DNA of 64,000 nucleotides from Bugula neritina (lineage: Eukaryota; Animalia; Bryozoa): assembly GCA_964035545.1 (NCBI GenBank), contig OZ037765.1, positions 25,419,504 to 25,483,503 on the forward strand. Direction: 5' to 3'. This document shows positions 26,184 through 45,489 of the stretch, piece after piece (position 1 is the stretch's first letter; each line of letters begins with the position of its first letter). The notes under the pieces were generated by a model. The model made no database searches and was not told where the DNA came from. It worked only from the letters and a program-made list of their open reading frames with translations. A program made the position numbers and the translations under genes.

Positions 26184-27515
26184 ATAACATGCTAAAGAGC
26201 TTCATCACAGTTTAAAGTGAGATTATGCATGGTGTGCCTAAACTTGCAGTCAGCACAATGCATGGAACCTCAATCGCAACTACATGACGAGTATGTGTCA
26301 TATGAGTAGTGGCATGCTGTAGCCTCTGCGTGAAACACAACTTTGTACTTTCTATCAGGGTACTATGTCTGAAAGGAGTGAGATTTTAGTTATGGTGCTA
26401 AGCAATCTACAAAGCATGGAAAACAATAACCCTCCTGCGTACTATCCACTATTCAGCTTATTATAATTTCAATCTTGCAGCTCAGACATCTTTAGCTATG
26501 CACTAACATGATTCTAAATCTATTTTTCAACTTCTGACTGGGAAATTTGAAAGTAAGATTTCTTTTACAAGTGTAAAAAAGTCAACTTTAATAAATATTT
26601 TAAGGGCATTTAGGTGCATACAGCTCCTGTTTTGCAGTGTAGAACCTTGATACCCATATATGGCCACAGCATGATGCAACTGAGAGCCCTGGCTCTACTT
26701 GTTATGCTTTGTGATGGTGTAGTTGCTTATAGACTTAGCTTTCATAAAACCAACATATCTTTGCTTAAAAGTATATAGTTATTCTATAGTAATATATATG
26801 GTATACCAAATAGTTATTACAGCAATAATTAGCCTATCTTTTATTTATTTCAGGAATGGCTGGAACCAAATTCCAACAGCGGCAGCCAACTTCACATTGA
26901 ATCTTAGCCCATGTGGGAGAACTTCTATTAACTGTCTAATAATTGCTGTTCGTAGATTCTGTTTACGCCTTCTATATGTTTCATAGTTACGATTTGCTGC
27001 CCATAGTTGTTAAATTTTATCTCGTAGATTCGTTTGTGCTAATAATAGCCATAATCTAATAATATATGAGTTACAGTAGTTTATAAATGTATCTTGTTCC
27101 TTTCTCTCCATATATAAAAATATACTGCACTACACTTCGGTTTCAGCTCTATGCAAAAATTATGAAGCAACTAAACACATTATCAAATTTGCATGTTAAG
27201 CTTTTTTTATTTGGCTACACAGTGATTTAAAATGTTATAAGAAACACTCACAGCTAGCATTGTTGACAGAAGAAATTTGAAACATTAGAACAAACAAAAA
27301 TTATGGATATTAGATATATAACTTTCACAAAAAGAGCACTTAATCACGGAATATATAGAAAATAAAACACATAGCCATTCAAAAGAATGTTGTTTGAGAT
27401 CTGTTTAGTTCAGTTTATTCAAATTACACACAGATAGAAGCTAACATGTTGCAAATACACAGATAGAGCTAGCACTTAGCAGGTTTCAAAGGTGTCTCGA
27501 GCATTCTAGAATGCT

Positions 27516-33745
<6,230 letters not shown>

Positions 33746-35427
33746 CTCTAAACGCAAACTCTGATATGGTAGAAGCGAAAGTAAATTGGTGAGTAAATGA
33801 AGATTGGAAATAAAAACTTTTGCTGACTTACTTGCAGTTAGTCAGCAGTGAATGAGCTGCTGCCACTGTTCATAGACCAACCACCGCGGTAATCAATTTA
33901 TTGATTCTACCTAACGTCAACTATATGAATTTAAACAAAAGGCACATCAATGTTTTATAATTATAGATAAAATACAATAACAAGTTAAACTTTTCATACT
34001 TAGTATTGATTGAGGGGCCAAACAAGGTGATGTGTTCATTTTTAGTACAAAGCTGCATTGATTTTCGATCTTTATCAACACTGCTGGTAAAGAAGATGGC
34101 TGGAAATATGGAAAAATTGTTCGTGGTTATGAAATGCTTGGAGTTTGCGTAAAATGAAGGCATATATATTTGAAGATGAAAGAAACTACACAAGGCAGTG
34201 TGCATGGCACTGACTTTGCCAGTTATTGACCGAAACATACTGTACACATTTGAAATTGTATAGATTAATGCATGTATTCATGAACAATTTGAGATATCAC
34301 ATAGGAAATGTTTTTTCAACAGCAATTTAATACTCTGCGCAAAATTTTAATTTGTTATGGGACACTAATGTTTGGCAAATTTGGTATAGGATAGATTTCC
34401 ATGATCTATTATGGTCATTCAATAGTTTGCAGTAAATCAACGAAACTGAAATGATTATCAAGGCTATGCAACTCATAAATGTTCACTTTATCACTTGGTT
34501 CATTTTTTTATCATTTTAATTTTTGTTTTCTCACCAATCTCCGCTTTGTCCTGTTTAGGTAGCGGATGTTTTTTTTATTACTTTAATGTTTTCGCAAAAA
34601 CAATTTTCTTTTTTCTTATAAATTGAATAGCATGTTTATCATCAACAGCTGGCAACATTAAATACTTCATGCAATAGTTTATTATAGAGCTCCAAGAAAA
34701 TGACATAGAAAAAGACATAGAAAGTTCATTGCACATATCATGTAAGAAAATAAGTTAACATAGCATGTATGTTATTGTCAGGCACAAAAATAACACCAAA
34801 CAAAAATATTGCAACACTTATAAAACTTTTGGCATTAGAATAGTAAGATCTAAAACATTTTCTGTTAAAACAAATGCAAATATAAGAAAAAGCTAAGTAG
34901 TAGAATTATGCTGCTAAGAAAAGGAATATGGAGAAGCTGTTTCATCAGGAATTGACATTTCATCAAACTCCTGAGATTCTCCGAGTTGACAGTCCGGGTA
35001 AGAAAGAGAAGCGTGTGAGTGAGTTTCATCAGTAATAAATATAGTCTCTTCGTGCTCAGTCACTCTAAATATAGAACATATAATATAATCTTTCTCTTTA
35101 ACGAAAGACTCTTGAAGGCTCATTCACAAATGGACCAACAAACAATTTACATTACATTACTGTCCATATAATTTAGTCTAATTATACAAAATATATAGTA
35201 AATCAAGAGTTGCTGAACAGAAGGACTTCCCAGGTTTATATAAAAACATTCATTTCTGAATATTTGCAAATCGTAAAGAACAAAATAACTCACCGACACA
35301 GACAATAAACCCATTAAACCAATAACACCATATTGCACCCGTACCCTATAGCTGTGTTAGCAAACATCAAATGTTTTATATTATATGTTACCGAGTAATA
35401 TTAATGGACATGTAAAGCAGCATTAGA

Positions 35428-35552
35428 AATACACAATACGGGAGTATACACAATACGGGAGTATACACAATACGGGAGTATACACAATACGGGAGTATAC
35501 ACAATATGGGAGTATACACAATACGGGAGTATACACAATATGTGAGTATACA
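35428..35552. repeat. 17-bp minisatellite (GGGAGTATACACAATAC)n in the PKD2-A 3' region
   Basis: About 7 near-identical tandem copies ~110 bp beyond the stop codon. Confidence 0.92.
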
Positions 35553-35660
35553 ACAAGTGAGATGATTGTATTACACACGAGTGTGATGTGGGAGAGACAC
35601 TGCAGGGTTGGAAGGCGAGAATGAATAATCATGTTTAGAAGTGTTAGGTGAAAGAATGAG

Positions 35661-38600
35661 TTAGTAAGCCGGGCTTACGTTACGAGCACGGCTACCACGC
35701 CCACCACCGCTGCCAGCACTGGGTGAGCGACGTGATCCGCTGCCACCATCAATGTTAGAATCTGAGTCCCACCTCTCCAGTTCTTCTCTCACCAGACGCT
35801 CCATCTGGTCTCTCTTCATCTCGTCGGAATGTTCAGTGGACTACACAGAAACATACATCATTAACATTGGTAAGCAGCAACATGGCTTTCTACAGCAGGC
35901 GTTCAATATAGATAGGCGAGAAGCAGTTGGAAAAGTTTCCATGAAATACTTTGTTAAAATTTATGAATACTGTCTGGATTTCAACTGATTGCCATGTGAC
36001 ACTTTTGAAATAATAAGATTCATCATATATTACATAACTATTGAATGAAAAAGTCAGCAGAACTCTGCTCTATTTATGCACCTTAATTTTTCAAGTGTTT
36101 GCAAACAATATTCTCTTATAAAAAGTTAGCAGTTGTCTACCCACAGTGCTAATTACAAAGAGAGTAGCAATGAATACCTCTGTGATTGAATCTAATATCT
36201 TCCCCATGTTTTCCTTCCTCTTTAGCTTGGCTTTCTCCATTGCCTCCAGTTTGACTAAGACAGCATCAATCTTGGACACAATGCTGCCAATGGAGTGCTC
36301 CATTCTATCCACCCTTCTCGATAATACCTGAAATTTTAAAATACAGACTCTACAACTTTGCCTGGCATCGCTATATACACTGGCATACTGACCACAGCCT
36401 TCCAGATCAGCTTAACCAATGAAATTTATTCTTGCTAAATATATCAATTCCCAAATAAATACATTAACTAGCAGCGCTGAGCTCCTCGAAACGTGACTTA
36501 CTGTAAACTCTTCGTAAGCAACGCCATTAATAGGCCGAAGTCCTTGTCGCCGTGAAGACCTGGTGCCACTGGTGCCCTCGTCATCGCTGTCCTCTCCACT
36601 GCTGTACGTGCGGCTGCTCCGTGATTTGGCTCGATTAGTTCTGGCCTCCAGCTCGGAGAATTCTCTAGCCAGTGTCGCCTATGTATCACAACAGAGCGTC
36701 GTAACCAATCACAAACAAAGGAAAGATGCAGTGCCATGATTCAATAAGATAGTTAAAAGCTGGCTAAAAGAAATGCCCATAGAACTACATAAAATAAAGA
36801 CACCATTTACACAGTTATATAACATGACAATACAACTATTAAACTTACACGTTGACCCTCAAGGTCATCCTGCATCTTACGCTGTTCTTCTTCGTCTAGT
36901 ATTCGGTCACCGTTCAAGTCATACTTGGCAAATGCAGCTTCAATCTCTTCATCTCTGTAACCTCGTCTAGAAAATTGTGAGATTTTCATGTTAAAAATGA
37001 TATTCCAAATTGTGTTATGATATATCACAATAACTTATTAATCTTGGAGCGTATAAAGTGTGTGAAGCTAAGTCATATATATATACAATATGCGCATGTT
37101 AATAGGAACGGAGAGAAATATTTACGATTTAAGTTCAGTCCTAAACTCAGACATGTCAATTTTCTTATTGTTGTCTTTATCTGCACTTCTCAGAGCCTTC
37201 TGTATGCCACTGATCTTGTCCTTCTTCAGGTTCATTTTGCTCATCATTTTGTTGTATTGCTAAATCATGAAATGAATAAACATCTGAAACAACCACTAAT
37301 TGTATAACAACAAACAGCTAAATGCTAAATACAATCAAAGGAAGTAGAAATGTCTCCCAGCAATTATTCATTGTGTATAAACCACAAGCGGCTCTAAACA
37401 AGTAGGTATAAACAACTGTATTACACATGTTTACAGCCTTACTTCATATCATACAGTGCTCCGACGTGTATATTGTTTCCTTCCACTTACCTGTTTGAAA
37501 AACTCTCCCATTTCTATTTCGTTCTTGGCATCGGCCAGCTCAGCCTTGACCTCGGCGTACGTGTCGTTAATGATGGCCAAGAACATGTTGAGCAAGACAA
37601 AGAAGACGAAGAAGACAAAGAAGATGAAGTAGATGGGGCCGAGTACGCGGTGAGCCGACTCCAGCTCGTGGAAGTCGAAATCTCCCAGGATGATACGGAA
37701 GAGAGTCAACCTACACGAGTCACGGGGAACATTCATAACGAATCAAACACAACTTTAAAAACAGAATTGAAAGCAATGATTCACATATCACAATCTAAAA
37801 CAATATTAAACTACATCATGAAAAAACTTTAAAAATTGCCGATTGTTTATTCAAATAGAACATACATGGCATTGATGAGGTCACTGAAATCCCGGACTTG
37901 AGTACCGAAGAGCAGGTAGCCGAGTTGGGCGAAGGCAAAGAAGATAATCATAAACATGACAAGAAAGCCGACAATGTCTTTTTTAGCCTTTCCAAGAGTA
38001 GTGGTCAGCTGAGACATGGTCTTGTTGAAGCTGACATACTTAAACACCTACAAGTATGAGTTTAGTGCTAGTTACAAAAACATGAATAACCTTTCAGTAC
38101 CTGCAATAGCTATCAACAGCAACATTAGTGCATATCTTTCAACTGTAACGCACAAGTCGTTGGCTAGTCATACCAATAATAATAGTAATACACAAGTGAG
38201 CATGCTTGTTAAAACATTCGCTATATAGTTATGAGATTACTCTTTTTTTCTAATTCACACAGAATCACAGAAATGTAGATCATGACAAACTTTCCAAAAA
38301 ACTAGCAAACATCTTCAGTTTTGCTTCTTGAACAAAAAGCATAGAGCTACATGCCATCCAATACACAGACATATATATTCTATCAGATAGAACATGGCCA
38401 CTATATCTACCAGATAACTTACCTTAATCCAGGCCAGGAAGATTGCCCCGGCTATGATGTAGTTGAACTGCACAGACCAGTAACTGAGAAACTCAAAGTC
38501 TCCAAACTCGTCGGGTTCAGCCAGCAATTTGGTCAGCTTGTCACTCACCTTTCAAATATAAACATATTGAGTCATATGCTGCTAAGAGCAGCAGCAAGCA

Positions 38601-41600
38601 GCATGTATGCTGTTGGTAAGCCTCAGTCACCCTCTTTCTATGTTATGCTTAGCTGAGCCATGCAACACTTTCACATCTATAAACTTCAATGATCACGTCT
38701 TGTATGGGTGGAGTCCAATAGCAGATTAGGTATTTTCATACATAAACATGCTACTGCTATAGTACACGGTTATTTATAGTTTATAGCAAGACTGTAAAGA
38801 ATAGAATGTTTCACAACTCTGTGATATTTTATCATTTACTTGTCTTTCTCCAGATCTGGTAGACAGAGTGAACTGCTCTCAGAGAAATATAACTCACTGA
38901 AACAAATAGTCACAGCCTACGTTTAGCTATAGTTTGTAGTTTCAACTCACTTCCCAGTAGCGGTAAGCACTGAAAGCCACACAGATCAGGGAGATGCCAA
39001 GGATGAGCAGATCCAGCCAGTTCCAGATGTCATAGAGATACTTGAGTTTGTGCTTCTTGATCTACACACACAAAAACATGATAAGGAATTGTCTCCCTAC
39101 GGCTAATTAACACGTGGGCAGTGAAAAAGTAAATTAGTGTGCGGGTCTTACCTCCAGAGACTCTTCAACAATGTAGTAGAGGAGGAAAAGGACAAATATC
39201 CCCTCACAACCCAGCACAATGTAGTCAAATGTGGACACATATCTTATCAACTTAACAGTACGAAAGGTCCAGGAGGGAATAACTCCACCAGTAGCAGGGA
39301 ATTCAACCAGCAATCTAACAAGGAAAAAAATGTCAATGTGATAATGCAACTCTAACCAGCTTAGGTAAAATTCTTTTTATGGTGATATATTTTAATAACC
39401 AATAACTCACAATTATAGAATAGCTACAAAAATATTAGGAGAGCTTTTAAAAGAGAAAAGGGTTTTAAGTATTTCAATAATATAAAAGTGCAATGTACAC
39501 ACGTATCTCCCTTTCTGATTACCATTAGCAATTCCATATATGAATTGCTATATCATCTCAAAGTTCACCAATAGTGATAGCTCAAGCTTTGGTTCCATGT
39601 AGTGCCCACAAATTTTCAAAAGAATTTAAGACAAACATGAGAATACTGTACATACAAACCTCACAATACAAAACAAGTTGATGTTAGCATTATAGACAGT
39701 AAAGTCAAAGAAGACAACTCTAGTTCCCCTGTCTATCCACAAGTTCTGCTTTAGATCTTGAATAATCGCAACAGAATGCGAGGAGTTAGTAGCCAAATTC
39801 TGGTAGTAGCCAGCACCGCTGTACGTGTGTAGCATCCCTTTCACATTACCAGACTCCAAATCGTCAGCTTTATGATACGTCCATCTGTTAGAATACACAT
39901 CTTATAAACATTCGTAGTAATCTTCTGTTGATAGAAAAATGACATCTTAATAAAACTAAAGAGGGCTGACTACTGCCACCCCCCTCCCCCCCCCCTTAAT
40001 AGAAACATTAGCTTACGCTGATCCCTCCATCTTGCCAAAGGGATTAGTTTCTTCTACGGAGGCGGTGTAGGCGCTATAGCACTGCTTGATCTCTTCTTCA
40101 AAGTCAGAATGAATGTCACAGGAGCTGTTGCTCACCTAAAGAAGAGTGGCCGGCCATTAGCAGGAGAACTTAACCAAAGACATAACTGTTTAAATTAATC
40201 AACCTGGTTAAGCATTGCTTAAAGTAAGGTGAGATAAAGATCAACTGGAAACAGATGTTATTTCTAACAGCACTAGGTATTTAGTAATGAGTGAAGGCAC
40301 AGCCATTACCTTGATCTGTCTGATACGGGGTACACCAAGCATCTTGTTCTCAAAGTAGATATAGCCGAGGTCTTCTCCAGTCACATTATCACTGTTATAG
40401 TACGTCTCCCAGTCCTTGTACAATCCATTGATCAATGGGCCCTCCGAAAACTGTCAGCCAAAATTGCAGATCGTATGACGAGGTTTTCATGTTGCATATT
40501 ATATCTAACTTTATGTTATGTTACACATAGGCTGCATTGTATGCAAATAGGAAATATTCTTGTCATTGCATTTTGGGATTAGTGATGACACACACCATAC
40601 AGGTGACACACTTTACCGGTGACACATCATACAGGTGACACACCATACAGGTGACACACTCTACAGGTGACACACCATGCAGGTGACACACTATACAAGT
40701 GACACACACTATACAGACTGCAACGCATCACAAGCAATGAGTAGCACCTGTCAGCTGATCTCGCATCATAAACACATGCTTTCCAGGAGAAACTCAGAGT
40801 ATTATGACTCACTCTCCAGAAATCCTGCATGGTGGTCATCCCTCGGAAGCTATTCTTAGTATCAGCAAAAGTAGAATCAAGAAAGAGCTCCTCCATGACT
40901 TTTGTGTAGTAGTACATGTTGATGTTTGTCATTCCGAATGTCACTAAATGAAATAAAAAATAGAACAAATGAAAATATAATATATGGGAAGCTTAGCTTT
41001 ATAAAACTTGTGCTGAAAATTGTAAAACTTGAATTCAACTTTGATAATTTATGAAATTTAACAAAATAACCATCACTCTTTGATCATACTAGTTTCTCCT
41101 TTTTATGCCTCGAAAAATAAGGGTCACCACGTAATCATATTGATTTTTGCAATTAAATATTCAACAATCGATAGTGTACATAGATATTAATTAAATGCAT
41201 ATCATGGTTATTCAATATTAAGTATATTGTAACTTTTGTTTGATATTAATGGAATATTGATTGGGGGTTATCAAAGGTGAAACAAACATGGCCGAATCAG
41301 ATAAAATGCAGTTTTCTTATTCAGTGAATAGTAAAGATACAGCATACAGCGGAGCATCAAAAATGATGAATGATCACTTAAATATGCAAATCGGTTTAGA
41401 CATCACATAAACTCATCAAACTAGTTCTGACCTAATGTATTCAAATAGAACAAAAACACAGCCCTTCCGCTTCAACATTTACAGCTAAATGTTAGAAAGT
41501 AAGAGTCTTGGCTAATAAAAATACTTTGTTTTTCATCAAAACAATACATAATATGTCGCACACGCTTTTGAATTAGCTACTGCATCATAACCAAAGTTTA

Positions 41601-42454
41601 GACTCAACAAGCACACACACACACGTTCACACACATACACTCGCATACACACATGTGCACATAATAGGTGCAAGTAACACTTACAGACAAGAAGAATAGT
41701 GAGAAATATGCCGTAGATTAGGAGCTCTCTGAGCAAAACATAAGCTTTGGTCTCACTGTCGGCAGTCTTAGAGTCCATAAGGCTAGAAGTTACCCAAATA
41801 GCTGCGAAAATAATAGTTGGTGCAAAGTAAACGAAAGTGATTTAAAAACAACAGTGTGCAGGTGAAGGCAGCCATGGCCGTGAGGCACTCTTCAAACCGT
41901 TACTTACATATAACCAGAACAGTGAGAAATGTTGCATATAAACACAGCTCTCTCAGAATTGTAGCTGCTTTTGTATTGTTATCTTCAAGGGCTTCGGCAT
42001 CCAATGTGAGCCGAGTAGCCCAAAGAGCTAATACACACAGATAATATAATCAATTTACAGTTGACTCTGATACAATGTTTTCAAATAAAATAAATTCTAT
42101 CAGCCACATATTCTGTTCACCAAGTCAACTTGCTTAAGAAATTTTTAAAAAATCATATATTTACTTACATCTTAAGCCATTCTTAAACTTGGTAAAGCCA
42201 GAGACGGGAGCTGGCTTGCTCTTGTTCTTTTGCTGCCCGGCAATCTGAATTTCACCATTGACGTACACCTCTCCCTCCATTGCAGTTGGCATCATGTCTC
42301 CTTCGTCAGCCAAAGTCAAGTCTCGGCTCTCAAACTCCCCGCTACCACTTTGTTGGGAGTCTGGCCGACCTCCCGGTGCATCCAAACCGTCGTCATTCCA
42401 GGCATTTCGAGAGTTGCTGCTGGACGACCTCTTACCAGACGAGTGTCGACTCAT
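35661..42454 (-). CDS. PKD2: Polycystin-2 (TRPP channel), tandem paralogue A (more canonical)
   Basis: 16 exons: 42454-42169, 41801-41685, 40943-40813, 40450-40310, 40135-40017, 39884-39660, 39314-39152, 39061-38951, 38548-38423, 38047-37866, 37710-37491, 37259-37126, 36966-36849, 36678-36502, 36327-36178, 35840-35661. Motifs: [78 protein letters not shown]. Confidence 0.95.
40587..40715. repeat. 16-bp minisatellite (AGGTGACACACCATAC)n in a PKD2-A intron
   Basis: About 8 degenerate copies. Confidence 0.88.
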
Positions 42455-45400
42455 CTTGCGTTTTAGGTGAACAACTCACAGAGAAAGCTTACAGCTGAAA
42501 TCTTTCACCTTCACTATAAGCTACCAGAATACAGCAAACTTGTCAAGTCGAATAACAGTGATCAATAAATGTGCAGCAACTCAGGATATCAGAAAGACAA
42601 AGGGTTCGATTGTTACGTCAAACTGAAAAGCCAATCACATCGTTAGCTTTATTGATTTTTACTACAACACAGTAAAAAAAGCTTCACCTGTTCAAAGGGA
42701 AAAATTTAAAATAAAATTATTATTTTCTATTAAAAAACATCTAATTTTTTTACAACTTCGAATAATAGCCAAAAATATGCAATATAACCGTAATTTTTTA
42801 TATGAAATATTAGGCATATGAACACCAATAGTAAAAATAAACGAGAATAGCCTAGCACAATAATGGCTAACTATAAAACAGAAAATGCAAGCAAGGTAAG
42901 AAGTAATCAGAGAAATAAACTATACTGAAGACGCTCAATAGTACAACTCTTACTGATTTCCTACTAGTACACAACATCCAAGCAAGAATGAAAAGCAAAT
43001 AAAGTAATACTTTAAAGAATCAATGTTTATGTAAATATCTTTCTTCCATGAACCAGCAATTTGGCATCAAAGACAAACAGGAATTACTGTTAAAAGTGAG
43101 TTAGAAGTGAAATAGCTAATGCAGTATTAGAGGTACTTGAGAACAGTATAGCAACTTTATGTACAGCAAACTATTAAGCAAATATAAAGACTATCATGAC
43201 CACCCATAGAGCATGCATACATACATATGGTGAAATTAACTTCACAGTATTTCTTAAAAGTTTATATACCAATCCCAGTATGTTAATTATTCAAAAAAAC
43301 TTACCTTGCAGTATGGTTGTTAGTAAAATTATATAACACTATTATCACACTACCATTGGTATAGACAGTAATTACAATGAAAATTAGTTAGTGTACTTGG
43401 TACAAGTAATTTAGTATAGTCAAATAAGTCATTACTATACCCGCCACTCGCGCAGGACCACGGCGGTGAAAGGTGACCAAAGGTGACCAAATAAGTCATT
43501 ACTATAACTATAAGTATAAGTAAAGCATAAAAATTAGCATATTTACTATTAGTATTACTAAATTAGTGACACCTTAATATAATTAAAAGTTATTATATTA
43601 ATAATTGTAACAATACTGAATATTGATGTACTCATGTACTTAGACTATAGTTATACTAATTTTACAATACTTATACTTATAGGCTACATTACAGTATAAC
43701 TATGGTAATGCTAATAATATATTACTATTAGTAATTATAATACACCAAAATTATATTTATATTATATATTTAAAGTTATTAAATAATTAACTCAATTATT
43801 AAGCTACTTAAATTGTAATTTATTCTATATTATTAATATTTAATTATTAAATTTAATAGCTTTCTTTATTATTTAGTATTTACTTTTCGTGTCCCGTGCA
43901 GAGCACTTGTGGTTAATGCACATACTCATAGTGATAGTCATACTCATACTGACACTAATACTAATACAGTAGGTAACAGTCAAGAGTCATAGTGATGACC
44001 AAAATTACTAATCAATAGATATAGTTTACTTATAGTAATAGTTATAGGTATAACGATGTCGATACTCGATACAGTTAAAATTACACTTGTAACGTAGTTT
44101 TACGTCTTAGAGTTAAACTCAGTGTTAATGCTTTAACTTTAAGTTTGCATTACAAACTTTTACTTGAACTTTTAGTTTTAGCCACCGATTTTAAATTATA
44201 TCAATATTGACCCAATGACAGAGTTCTAATTATTAATCACTTAGTCTTACATTTACAGGTACTAGTAGCACTAGTACTAGTACTGTAGTAGTCGTAGCAG
44301 TGATACTGATTGTCATACTCATAGAGTCATAGTCATTGTGATTGTCACTATCATTGTCATACTCATACTCATAGTCATTGTGATTGTGAAACTGGATATG
44401 TTAAACAAAGTCGAAATGAATTATTATTAAATCAACTTTTTCAGAAACATAATTGAAATAAAAATGTTACTGTTGAGATCAATAATTTAACATAAGTAGC
44501 GTAGCTTACATTAAACTTGATGATAAAATTAAAATAAAAAGTTGAGAAGACTTCCCCAAGCAGTTGATTTTACTTTTGATAACAGAGATTTTGACGATGA
44601 AGTTATCTCCCCTAATACACAAAAATAAAGTTATCGGGGAAGCATAACTCTTGAAAATTTTGCCCTCTCTCCAACATATTATTGCATCTTCACACGCAAA
44701 CCATACCACATTTTTATCTATAATAAATCAACAAACCCAAGACAGCAAATTAGTGAATAATATTTATTAAAATACAGGCTAATAAGTATAGACAAATTAT
44801 AATCTAGTTTTAACAGTAATTAGCTATGAAGCTATGTATACTACGATGTGATGGTTGAGCCTACGCAGCAATAAATTAAGGCATTATTAGAACCCAATGT
44901 TTAATTAGTAATTAATTTAGCTATAGCCTACCAATAAGTTGTAGCATCTGCACAAAATAATTTTTGTTCCATACTTAATAACTCTGTATACATTTTACAA
45001 CTGCTTATGAGAGGCTTTTTTATTTTAAATATTTGATATATTATATTGTATAACAAAATATCTGCTATATTATGTTTTATATTCTAACAAAATGGCATTT
45101 ATCTTTATCAAAATTTAAAAATGGAGTTTAAAAAGTGTTAGTAAGTTATATATAACAAACGCAATTGCTTATTTTTTTGTTTTATTAGAGAAATGGTCAT
45201 ATTCTGTCAATATATAAATATAACAAGATAGGAAGAAAAAAGACTTCTTTTTTACAAAATTAATGAAAATGATCATTTAAATTATAAAAACTAAGTATAC
45301 ACTCGTTCCATTCTCTTTATTGTAAATTTTATAAGTAGGCATATAAATTTCAACTTTAAATTTGAAGAAATAAATGATGAAATCATAACATTTCATTCCT

Positions 45401-45489
45401 TATTGAAAGCTTGACACTACATAAGGTTCCACCTATAGTAAGCTTTTGTGACTTATTTTGTTATTGGAACAGCACTGTAAATTGAGGGC

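Noticed and set aside
33760-33900. RFX X-box upstream of the PKD2 genes
   Set aside because: Only half-site-like matches; no convincing palindromic X-box upstream of either paralogue.
35428-35552. Regular repeats suggesting a CRISPR-like array
   Set aside because: No unique spacers, no cas genes, eukaryotic context; an ordinary minisatellite.
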